Source: Octopus vulgaris (lineage: Eukaryota). From it: DNA of 64,000 nucleotides. Below the pieces are notes generated by a model. The model made no database searches. It saw only the letters and a program-made list of their open reading frames with translations, and was not told the DNA's origin. Each line of letters starts with the position of its first letter. The stretch's first letter is position 1. Shown here piece after piece: positions 39,131 to 50,710 of the stretch. Where the stretch lies: contig OX597820.1 of the NCBI GenBank assembly GCA_951406725.2, positions 102,238,001 to 102,302,000 of the forward strand, given 5' to 3'. The position numbers were made by a program, and so were the translations under genes.

Positions 39131-39776
39131 ACATACATACATACATGCATACATTTCAGTAGGTATAATTGGTCTCATCATGAGGTGTTTTGTAAAAATA
39201 AATAAAATACACTGGTATTATGACGGAAAATATTTCTTTTAAAGCTGTCTTCAATGACATGTAAACTTCTATCATGATATATTACTGTAAAGCAAGCTTT
39301 ATGGCATTTCCTGGAGGTAATAAATCTTTTGTGGAATAAATATTTGTGTAGAGAGAATGAAGTATCCTAGCTTGTCTTGTTTGAAATGCATATGTATGCA
39401 TATAGTCATATGTATAAAGATATCAGTCCATATGCCTATGTATTACTTATGCATATCTTCTATCAAGTTTATCAATGTAATTTACCCTCTATGTAATCAT
39501 AGGAATTTAGGCAGCACCTACATATATCTTTTACGTTATTTATTTATGCTTGTGCACTCACACACACACACACGCATGCACGCACACACACATGCACACA
39601 CACTCACATGCACGCACACACACATGCACGCACACACACATGCACACATGCGCACACACACACATGCATACACTTATAAAAGGCTTTGAATGACCTGTTC
39701 GTGTTTTTTTTGGTATTGTCTATCTGGATGTTTTGTTGTCCCGTTTTGTGTTCTTGTCCCATTTTGTATTTTATTT

Positions 39777-39810
<34 letters not shown>

Positions 39811-40286
39811 AAATAAAATACAAAATGGGACAAGATATATATAGCGGCGTATGTACACTTTGTTCTCTTATATATATATTTATATATATATATATATTAT
39901 AATCATTATCATCATCATCATCATCATTGTAATGCTAACTTTTCCATGTTTGCAAGAGTCAGACAAAATTACATTGACTTTTCTTGCTCATCTGCTAAGT
40001 TAACAAATGAAAACACAGATTGCCACACTGAAGGTCAATAAACAATGATGCACATACAAACACATATATACATTTACATATCTCTTTCTCTTTTACTCTC
40101 TATATATATGCATAGCACCCACTACACTCTTGGAGTGGTTGGCATTAGGAAAGGAATCTAGCTGTAGAAACAATGCCAAATCAGATTGAAGCCTGGTGCT
40201 GCTCCCCAGTTTTAAGTCAAACTGTCCAACCAATGCCAGCATGAAAAACGGACTTTGAATGATGATGATGAGATGATATATATATG

Positions 40287-40458
40287 GTGCAGGAGTGGCT
40301 GTGTGGTAAGTAGCTTGCTTACCAACCACATGGTTCTGGGTTCATTCCCACTGCATGGCACCTTGGGCAAGTGTCTTCTACTATAGCCTTGGGCCGACCA
40401 AAGCCTTGTGAGTGGATTTGGTAGACGGAAACTGAAAGAAGCCTGTCATATATATGTG

Positions 40459-40504
<46 letters not shown>

Positions 40505-40703
40505 TGTGTGTATGTTTGTGTGTCTGTTTGTCCCCCCAACATAACTTGACAACCGATGGTGGTGTGTTTATGTCCCCGTAACTTAACAGTTCGACAAAAG
40601 AGCCCGATAGAATAAGTACTAGGCTTCCAAAGAATAAGTCGTGGGTTAGATTTGCTCAACTAAAAGGCGGTGCTCCAGCATGGCCACAGTCAAATGACTG
40701 AAA
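40287..40703 (+). mobile_element. Full-length SINE family A
   Basis: Head, internal (TA)/(TG) tract and (aaaagagt) tail. Confidence 0.92.
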
Positions 40704-40734
40704 TGAGTAAAAGAGTAAAAGAGTATATATACAT

Positions 40735-40798
<64 letters not shown>

Positions 40799-41096
40799 AT
40801 GTATAACCTTTAATTTCATTTATGGGAAACATTTTGAACATGCATTTAAAAGTTCCTATTTTATTATGCCAGCTACAGTCTAATGATGCCAGCTGATGAT
40901 CCAAAGAAATGAATACATGAACATGATCTACCCAGTGTCCAAGGATACTGCAGACTGCACTGTAATCATCCCAGGAATATGGACTATGATCTTAAGAAAC
41001 ATGTGATTTGTGGAAAAACATGTGGTGATGCATTAAAATATAGATTCCATCCAAGAATTATTATTGTTATTATATATACCTTGCAAGTTTACCTTG

Positions 41097-41139
<43 letters not shown>

Positions 41140-41279
41140 CAAAGCGCTCCCCCATCCAATGGACGGTGCTGAATTGTCAAACATTTAAACCAAATTTTCT
41201 CAAAACAATTTGGCCAACTATCCCATAGGCCTCCCCTTTGAGAAACACTGATTTAACCTAAATTTGAGACACCAGATAA

Positions 41280-41498
41280 AGAAGAAATATTCTTTTTTTC
41301 TATTCCAAGAAAAATGATTTTACAAATGCATGTTCCCATGGCTTTATCGATCACACTCTCACCTGGAATCGATTTTTGTAAATTTTGCAAGACTTATACA
41401 CGCCCTGATACCGTCAGTATCTACATATCAAATTTGAGCGCAATCAGATGGAGGATGACCGAGATCCGAGAAGACAGACAGACAGACAGAACAGATTT

Positions 41499-41510
<12 letters not shown>
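41280..41510 (-). mobile_element. Helitron-like non-autonomous element, 5' end
   Basis: Minus strand begins tatataaaatctgttctgtctgtctgtctgtc...gattgcgctcaaatttg. Confidence 0.55.
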
Positions 41511-41546
<36 letters not shown>

Positions 41547-42249
41547 TTAGATAGATATAGATATATAGATAGCTGGATGGATGGATGGATGGATGGGTGG
41601 ATAGATAGATAGATGCATATATATGTACACACAAACACACACACACACATTTGCATAAATGTGTATGCAATATTATATTGTAATAGTTTACATGTGGTTC
41701 TATGAACAAAATAGATAATACTTTATATGCAGTAAATATTTTTATTATAACATAATAGTTACAGATGATAACTGTTTCATAACATTAAGATATTAGATAA
41801 CACATTCTTCACTAAAAATTCATCCATGGATTGCCTTTTTGCCATAAAACCTGTAACCTATGGAACAGTAGTTATCTGCACATACTATACTATAATGTAA
41901 TATGGTACTATTTTACAATACACATGCACACACACACACACATTTATATACATATATACATATATGTAATGTAAAATGTAAGAAGTCTTTAATGTTTCAA
42001 GCCTATGCTCTTGTGTATATATATTGTAATGATAAATAAAAATGTTTGTATCTTCCATCTTCCATTTCTCATTTACCATACGTATATGAATATATATTAT
42101 ATATGCTACACACACACACACACACACACACACAACTTTTAAAACTTTTTTTGCTTTAAAGCTGCAGTCATGCAGGGGCAATATTTACATACACAGGCAT
42201 AAATATATATACATATGTGTATATATAGAAAGAGTGAAGGAAAGAGAGA

Positions 42250-42273
42250 GACATGTATATATATATAAATATG

Positions 42274-42317
<44 letters not shown>

Positions 42318-42489
42318 TATACACATATATATGTATGTATGTATATGTATATATATATCTGTATATATATAGATATATTTATATATACATATATACACAT
42401 ATATATATGTATATATGTATATATATATGTATAAATGTATATATATATATGTATATATATATATGTATATGTATATGTATATATTTATC

Positions 42490-42522
<33 letters not shown>

Positions 42523-42543
42523 TTATGTATATATATATATATG

Positions 42544-42579
<36 letters not shown>

Positions 42580-42655
42580 CATACATATATATATATATTT
42601 ATTTATATATATTTATTTATACATATAAATATATATATGCATATATGTGTTTATA
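42250..42655. repeat. Long imperfect (TA)n microsatellite
   Basis: Direct reading. Confidence 0.95.
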
Positions 42656-43656
42656 TACCGCACCAATTGATATGACTGCAAAAAATACTCAAACTGAGTA
42701 TTAAAAATACCGCACAGAGTCACCACTAAAATAAATAGCAATATATCATGCTGTTGTCACCAATGAAAAAAAAACAGCAAAAAAAATTCAAAAAAGCTAA
42801 AAAAAAATGTCAGGTTGATATCATCAAAGAAATGAAATATTCATAGCAGTGTAGCATCATAATTAAAGGAAAATATTTTCCCCACAATGCCAAAGATCTG
42901 CAAAGCAGCCAATAAAATAGTCAGTTTATTGCTTCTTTTATAGAATTATTATTAGTATTCCAGTAGTGATATTTTTATAACCTGCTTTCTTTGCATAACC
43001 AAGCAAAGATCTGTTTGCCCTGTGTCCATACAATGTTTCATTTTCTCTTTGGTACTTAATGATTTTTTTTTTTGCATACTTTGAAAATACTCCATAGTAA
43101 TGTATGTGAAGTTTTCTGTATGTTGTATAAACGAGTATGTTCTTGTGTTTGTGTTATGTAGTTGTTTGCATCATTTCAATCTTTATGAAGGGACCTATTA
43201 TCTTTCATCCTTTATCTTTTACTTGTTTCAGTTATTGGAGTGCAGTCATGCCGGACCATTGTCTTCAAGGGTTTAGTTGAAAAAATTGACCATTGTCCTT
43301 ATTTTTTTTTAGGCTTGGTACTTATTCTATTGGCCTCTTTTGGCTGAATCATCAAGTTTCAGGGGACATAACCAAACCAACACCAGTTATAAAGCAAACA
43401 CAAACAAATACATTTATAGATATATATACAATGGGCTACCATCAGTTTTTGTCTACCGAATCCACTCACAAGGCTTTGGTTGCCCCTAGTCTATAGTAGC
43501 AGATATTTGCCCAAGTTGACATGTTGAGGGGCTGAACTTGAAATCATATGGTTGGAAAGCAAGCTTCTTACCATACTACCATACTTGTTATAGGAATTGT
43601 TTATTTTCCAGTTCATATTTTCTGGCAAGATCTTTCTCTAGATCTTCATACTCAAG

Positions 43657-43657
<1 letters not shown>

Positions 43658-43697
<40 letters not shown>

Positions 43698-43950
43698 TTA
43701 ATGTCCGCTTTCCATGCTAGCATGGGCTGGACGATTTGACTGAGGTCTGGCGAACCAGACTCCAATCTGATCTGGGCAGAGTTTCTACAACTGGATGCCC
43801 TTCCTAATGCCAACCAAACCGAGAGTGTAGTGGGTGCTTTTACATGCCACCGGCACTAGGGCCAGTTTGGTGGTACTGGCAATGGCCATGCCCAAATGGT
43901 GCTTTTTATGTGCCACCTGCACAGGAGCCAGTCCAGCGGCACTGGCGACG
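43658..43950 (-). mobile_element. SINE family C
   Basis: (CAT)n then ttaatgtccgctttccatgctagcatggg...ggatgcccttcctaatgccaacc. Confidence 0.85.
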
Positions 43951-44059
43951 TTTTTCCCAATTCTTTGTAAGATACATTACTGCCAGTAGGAAGTGATATG
44001 TAAATCAAATGACACTGCATATCCTGATAATCCTTGATGACAGTCTCTCATATATTTAT

Positions 44060-44575
44060 ATTGGCAAAATCATTAGAGTACTGGACAAAATGCTCTGGCC
44101 CTGAACATTCTGAGTTCATATCCTGTCAAGGTCCATTTTGCTTGTCATCTTTCTGGAGTTAATAAATTAAACTATCAGTTAATTACTAGAGTCAGTTTTA
44201 TCAACTAAACCCTCACCTAAAATTTCTGGCCTTGTACTTGTGTTAGAAATTATCAAAATTGGTAGAATTGTTGGAGTTTAAGCCAAAATATCTTTCTGAG
44301 TTTAGTTACAGATCTTTATATAATGAGTTCAGACCTTACTGAGGTCAACTTTATCCTTCATGCTTCCTATGTTGATAAAATAAAGCACCATCAAGTCACA
44401 TGTTTAAATTTGAAGGTTTGTGCTCACATTGGAAACAATCATTTATTATTGTCAGAATCATTAAAGCATTGAAAATGATAAATTGTGGTATTTGTTCCAG
44501 CCATTTATATTCTAAGTTTAGATCTCACCAAGGTCTCTTATGCATTTCTTCCTCTTTGGGGTCGATAAAATAATA
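44060..44575 (+). mobile_element. Three consecutive decayed SINE family B copies
   Basis: Repeated ga(g/a)gtt.a.a.c...aggtc...cat..tt...gt.(g/a)ataaa at about 44110, 44325 and 44512. Confidence 0.6.
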
Positions 44576-44775
44576 TTTATTTTACAATATTTCTTTTAAG
44601 ATCATTTCTAAGATACCCATTTTTTAAAGAATTTAAGCCTATTTTCGGTCTTGTTTCAGAAATTCTCATTCAAAATTGGGACTTTCCTCTATCTTCTGTT
44701 TTTTTAAATGAGTTCATCAAGTGATGGTTTTGTTTATGTCTGAGCATAACATTTTGTGCTTCTGAGTTTAATTTA

Positions 44776-45106
44776 ACAATGGCAGCATGGAAGGTGTTTG
44801 TAAACCATTTAAGAAACACACAAAAGCCGTTCAATTCACTTCAACATTTAAGTTTAATTTGTCAAAATATTTTCGTCGCTTTAAGACCGTGACCTGTTCA
44901 CTGACAAAAAGTTGTGCTGCATACAGTGAACAGGTTGCGGTCTTAAAGTGATGAAAATATTTTGACAAATTAAACTTAAATGTGGAAGTGAATCGAACGG
45001 TTTTTGTGTGTTTCTTAAATGGCTTACAAACACCTTCCATGCTGCAATTGTTTTCGTTTCAGCACATGATCTCAGATCAAATCACTTGCTATGCAAGTAC
45101 ATCTCC
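44776..45106. mobile_element. Second palindromic G3-C8 hammerhead element with 12-bp TSD
   Basis: TSD gagtttaattta at 44764-44775 and 45107-45118; same right end gtacatctcc; hammerhead motifs at 44858-44908 (-) and 44924-44969 (+). Confidence 0.88.
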
Positions 45107-45299
45107 GAGTTTAATTTAGTTTTCTATTAATGTCTGTTCCTGTTACTTGATCCTTTTCACTGAGTTGTTACTTCAGCTTCTATAATACATCCACATCTGT
45201 TAACTTCCTTGAATATGAGAGTCACATATGCATATAGTAGAAGACACTTGCCCAAGGTGCCACACAGTGGGACTAAATCAAAGAAGAAAAAAAAGTAAT

Positions 45300-46070
45300 T
45301 GTTTTGGATATGTAATTAAAATAATTCTTTTCCTTTTGTCTTGGTTTTTACATATTTGTCCTAATTTCCTATTCTTGATATTTTTGTAGTCGTTAGTATA
45401 GGTACTTTATAGAAGTTTTTGAAATGCAGAATATTTTTGTCTCTCTTGTGTCCATGATAAATAACTTTCTCTTTTGCCTATGGATCATATATTCTAAATG
45501 CTACCATTATATTTTCTCTTACATTTCAACTTAACTACCAATTGAGAATACCCAAACTGTAATAAATTACAAGAACAGATTACCATTACCTATTTGCTTA
45601 TATTTAGAATTCATTTCCAGATATTTTTATAGTCTTACTTTGGGTATTTCATAGTAATTTTCTAATTGCAGAATATGTTTATTTCCCTTGTGTCTATCAT
45701 AAATGTAATCATTCTCTTTTGCCTCTTGGATAGGATATTCTAAATGCTTTCATTATACTCTTTTCTCACAAATTCTCTTTACAACCAATTGAGAATATTA
45801 TAACTATAATGCACTAACAAAAATATGTAGTGGATCTATACTTAGCTTATTTGAGGCATTTAGCTCAATTTTAAGTATTAATCTAATACGTTTATAATAT
45901 TTTCCAAACCTTTCCATAATTTACGCGTTCCATTTGGTCTTGCTAATTGAGTTAAAAAGTCTCTGCTTGGTATAATTACTTTATCACTACTTTAAAATCT
46001 AATATGAAATAATTGCTTCCTTTGTTTTTATTAATTTTTGTTTCTTAGCGTATTTATCTAAATCAAATTT
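45300..46070 (-). pseudogene. Decayed R4/Dong-type LINE fragment (post-RT region) with internal duplication
   Basis: Minus-strand pieces KYYKRIRLILKIELNASNK, HYSYNILNW and LQLENYYEIPKVRL*KYL. Confidence 0.6.
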
Positions 46071-46095
46071 TGTGCCATTAACCCTATCGAGCCTA

Positions 46096-46516
46096 CTCTT
46101 TTACTCTTACACTTTTTACTCTTTTGCTTGTTTGAGTCATTTGACTGTGGCCAAGCTGGAGCACCGCCTTTAGTTGAGCACATTGACCCCAGGACTTATT
46201 CTTTGTAAGCCTAGTACTTATTCTATCAGTCTATTTTGCTGAACCGCTAAGTTACAGGGACATAAACACACCAGCATTAGTTGTTGGGGGGGGGGGGACA
46301 AACACAGACATACAAACATATACACACACGCATACATATATATATATATATACGATGGGCTTCTTTCAGTTTCCATCTACCAAATCCACTCACAAGGCTT
46401 TGGCCAGCCCAAGGCTATAGTAGAAGACACTTGGCCAAGGTGTCACGCAGTGGGACTGAACTTGGAACCATGTGGTTGGTAAGCAAGCTACTTACCACAC
46501 AGCCACTCCTACGCCT
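46096..46516 (-). mobile_element. Full-length SINE family A
   Basis: Reverse complement of 40287-40703. Confidence 0.92.
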
Positions 46517-46805
46517 ATACCTGCATATAGTATGAAAAAGCTTCCACAAAACAAGCACAGCTGTGTGGTTGAGAAGGTTGCTCAGCAGATATGTGGTTTC
46601 AAGTTCAGTTTCACTGTGGGACATTTTAGGTAAGTGATTTCAGCTATATTGCTACATGACCAATACCTTTTGAGTGAATTTAGTAGACAGAAACAGTGGA
46701 AGCCCTTTCTATGCATATGTGTGTGTATATGTGTATATGTGTATATGTGTTTGTGTGTGTTTCTGTGTGTGTGTGGGTGCAGGTGTATGTATGTCTGAGT
46801 GTGTA

Positions 46806-46843
<38 letters not shown>

Positions 46844-47204
46844 TGTTACTTGCCACCCCACCATGCTGGTTTAGTTACGTTTCTGTAACTTAGTGGTTTG
46901 GTAAAAGAGACTGATAGAATAAATATCAAACTTAAGAAAAACCATAGGGATTGTGGTTGATTAGTTTGACTAAATCCTTCTAGGTGAATCTCTGGTAGGG
47001 CAACAGTCCAAATAGTAGATAAAAGATAAAACATTATAGATTACCACAACAAACAAGTCCAAAGTGATTTTCCATTGGTCATATTGGTGATATTCATATG
47101 AAATAAAGCACCTGTCAAATACTTGGCTCAGTGTTATCATCTATTCTCTACCATTCAAAATTTTTGGCCTTCTGCCTTACTCAGATACAATTATCACTAT
47201 TTAA

Positions 47205-47910
47205 GTTGTTGTGGCCCGTTAAACGTACCCTTCAATTTTTGGGTGATATGTTGCGCTTGTGAAGACCTGTCGAACCAAGTGAAATCATAGTCATGGCTGA
47301 TGCCAGTGCCGTCTGACTGGCACCCATGCTGGTGGTACATAAAAAAGCACCATTTGTGTGTTGGGCCTCATGGAGACAGTGACGCCAAGCCGAGTGAGAT
47401 CATAGTTGTGGCCGATGCCAGTGTTATGTAACTGGCCCGTTAAAAGCACCCTTCAATCGTTGGGTGATATGCTGTGTTTGTGAAGACCTGTTTAACCAAG
47501 TGAAATTGTACTTGTTGCCAATGCCAGTGCCATCTGTCTGGTATCCATGCCAGTGGCACGTGAAAAGCACCATTTGAGCATTAGGCCTCATGGAGGTAGT
47601 GACAGGTGAGCAAGACCCTTGACAATATACCATGCTAGTGTTGACCTATCAAGCCAAGTGAGACCATAGTCATGACTGCTATTAGTCTCAAGTCAATGGT
47701 ACTCATGCCGGTGGTATGTAGAAAGCACCCATTACACTCTCAGAGTGGTTGGCATTAGGAATGGCATCCAGCCGTAGAAACCTTGCCAAATCGGATTGGA
47801 ACCTGGTGCAGCCCACCAAGCCTACCAGTTTTCAGTCAAACCGTCCAACCAATGCCAGCATGGAAAGCAGATGTTAAGCAATGATGATGATGATGATGAT
47901 GATGATGATG
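47205..47910 (+). mobile_element. Long SINE family C copy with about 220-bp tandemly repeated 5' region
   Basis: tggcccgttaaa...cccttcaat..ttgggtgatatg...gtgaagacctgt at 47212 and 47433; family C core and (GAT)n tail. Confidence 0.8.
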
Positions 47911-48774
47911 CATTCAATGAAATATTTTTTACTTTTTACTAAATAGAATATTTACAAAACAAAGAAAAGAAAAGCCAGTCAAAAAGTTACTTTACTCAAC
48001 ATTAGGTGGAGGTGGTAAGAAGTTTGTTTCCCAACCACATGGTGTTGGGTTCAGTTCCATTGTGTGGAACCTTGGGCAAGTGTCTTCTGCTATAGACCAG
48101 AGCCGACAAAAAAAACCTTGTCAGTGGATTTGATAGATGGAAACTGAAAGAAGACTGTCAATTGTGTGTGTGTGCCTGTCTGCTTTTGTGAGTGTGTATG
48201 TATGTGTGTGTGTGTGTGTGTGGTAGTGTTTTTCTGTCCCCATCACCACTTGACAACTGGTGTTGATGTATTTATGTCCCTGTAATGTAACAGCTAGGCA
48301 AAAGACACAGATAAAAGAAGTAAAAATTATGTAAAAATATGAAACATATATATATTTGTATCTTATGCTATTTACTAATAAACCTTTTTCATTTTTTTTT
48401 TTTTCATTTACATACATTTGGCTTTATAAATATTACCAGCCTTATATATTTAGTTTATATCTATAGTCCTCTGGATCTGTACTTTAAATTATCCTTCCAT
48501 ACATATTTACTTTCATCAATATAACATATATATTCACTTTATTTATTTTTTTATTTTATTGTAATGTTATCAATCTCTGCATTTAGTCTTCTAATTATTT
48601 ATTTATTTGCTTATTTAAGTGTAGATTTTTACATACATATCAAGTCATCTAATTTGTTATCTATTTATTTTTTACTTATTTACTTATACAAGGGTAGTTT
48701 TATACATTTTTTTTTTTTTTTTTTTTGTACTTGTTTCAGTCATTTGACTGCGGCCATGCTGGAGCACCGCCTTT

Positions 48775-48937
48775 AGAGTGGTGAAAGAGTACAGCAGGGA
48801 TCACCACCTCCTGCCGGAGCCTCGTGGAGCTTTTAGGTGTTTTTTCGCTCAATAAACACACACAACGCCCGGTCTGGGAATCGAAACCGCGATCCTCCGA
48901 CCGCAAGTCCGCTGCCCTAACCACTAGGCCATTGCGC
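48775..48937 (-). mobile_element. tRNA-derived SINE family D head joined to a family A tail (48728-48775)
   Basis: gggaatcgaaaccgc...gccctaaccactaggccattgcgc. Confidence 0.82.
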
Positions 48938-49742
48938 TCATTTATTTTTATTTTATTTTAATAATATATGAATACATATATACTGGTTTGTACTTATAAT
49001 ATGTGTATAACCGTATTTATTCCTTCGTATTTATTCCTTCTTATTATTTTATCACATTTTATCTTAAGTATTTATAATATAAATTTTTTTAAAATTTCTG
49101 TGATGTTCTCATATGCGTTTGCATTAGTACTTCCCCTTCTATTATTTAATGCCTAAACTGGTATATTATGACATTAAATTTATTAAGTAAATAAGAGATT
49201 TATTTATAATATATAAATTAATATATATTTTATATTTTATAACTTAGCGTACTTGGAATCATAACAAACTTACGGTAAATCTAACCGTATGTTTACTATG
49301 CAACAAACCGGTGTTATAAATTTTAAGTTACCCAACTGATATTTAAAAATATATTTCTATCTTTAAATTAAATATTTTATGAAATGCATGAGTGGATCAT
49401 TTTCGTTATTTGAGGCATAGTTATAATTTTGAAGGACTAAATGGCAGCATAGTTGCTTCCCTTTTTGTTTATCTATGTGCTAGTTGTTGCTTGTGGTTAT
49501 GTATGTGTATAAGTGTATGTGTATACATATAATTATGTGTGTATGTGCGATTGATCTGTAGATGCGCATGTGAATATTGGCGTTCCTTGACTAACCAACC
49601 GTATCATTTCTTTTGTGATTTAAATTTCAAACCAATAGCCAATCGAATTAATCTAAATTATCATTACCTAGTGGTCAGTATTTCTAAACTCATAGTTATT
49701 TCGATCTTGAAAGGATGGACTTGGTGCAAACATAACTGTATC

Positions 49743-49785
<43 letters not shown>

Positions 49786-50124
49786 ATTAATAGTAATTTT
49801 TATTAACTTTTATAGCTTTATAATTTTATGAACTGAACCATGGTTTTAATTATTATTTTTCATCTCCCTATGTGTTATTTTTTTAAAAAAACTATTAGCC
49901 AAATATGTATAATATCGGTGCTTATTAATATTAATATATACACTGATATATATTTTGTTTTATTTTGTTCTGTTTACCTTCCATTATTGTACCAATGAGT
50001 ATTATATTATATAAGTGTAGCATTATCAAGTTTATGTATAAGTTTTTATATTTTACATTTTTATATTTTTATATTTATATGTATATGGTTAAATAATCTT
50101 GTTCACAATTATAACAAATTTAAT

Positions 50125-50234
50125 TCTCTGAAGAGGCCGTGGGGCATCCTTGTTAATGCCTCATTTATACCTGCCTTTATGGCTTATAGGTTAAATGAGG
50201 TATGACTGCCCTCACTGCCGAAACAGCTGTCAGA
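50125..50234 (+). ncRNA. Type I hammerhead with intact core and about 85-nt stem II
   Basis: tct-CTGAAGA-ggccgtggggca...tgcctcattta/taaatgaggta...tgccctcactgcc-GAAA-cagctg-TC-aga; predicted cut after C50231. Confidence 0.8.
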
Positions 50235-50430
50235 TTTGATTTAATTACATATTATATTTGAAATTTTATACTTATATCTCTTTGTCTATTTACTCTTACT
50301 GTATATTTTGTATAATGCCTTTACTGATATGTAATGGTGTATTAAAGTATTGATTGGGTATCATCTGATAGTTGATGTTTTATTGATTTAAGTATGTTTC
50401 TCCATTCTCTAATTTTGTAGTATATATATG

Positions 50431-50462
<32 letters not shown>

Positions 50463-50465
<3 letters not shown>

Positions 50466-50668
50466 GAGAATAAAGGATATTTGTTAACTAGTCGTTCAAC
50501 TCCATTCTTTCATATACTTATAATTTTAAAATAAACATTTCCGCATGAAGACACGTAGTCTATGCCCTACGGATGTAGCTTCAACCGTGTTCTTTCTGAT
50601 GTGAATTTGCTACCCAGGTATCGGTTATCTTTCGAATTATCCTTAATAAGATAATTCATTCAACTACT

Positions 50669-50672
<4 letters not shown>
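50463..50672 (+). mobile_element. PLE-like terminal fragment between two (TA)n tracts
   Basis: gctacccaggtatcggtta and gttcaactccatt are homologous to the reverse complement of 25951-26165. Confidence 0.7.

Positions 50673-50710
<38 letters not shown>

Noticed and set aside
42139-42704. Cluster of YI/IY-rich ORFs
   Set aside because: (TA)n microsatellite translations.
44831-45040. 69-aa ORF
   Set aside because: Lies within the palindromic non-coding element; no protein motif.
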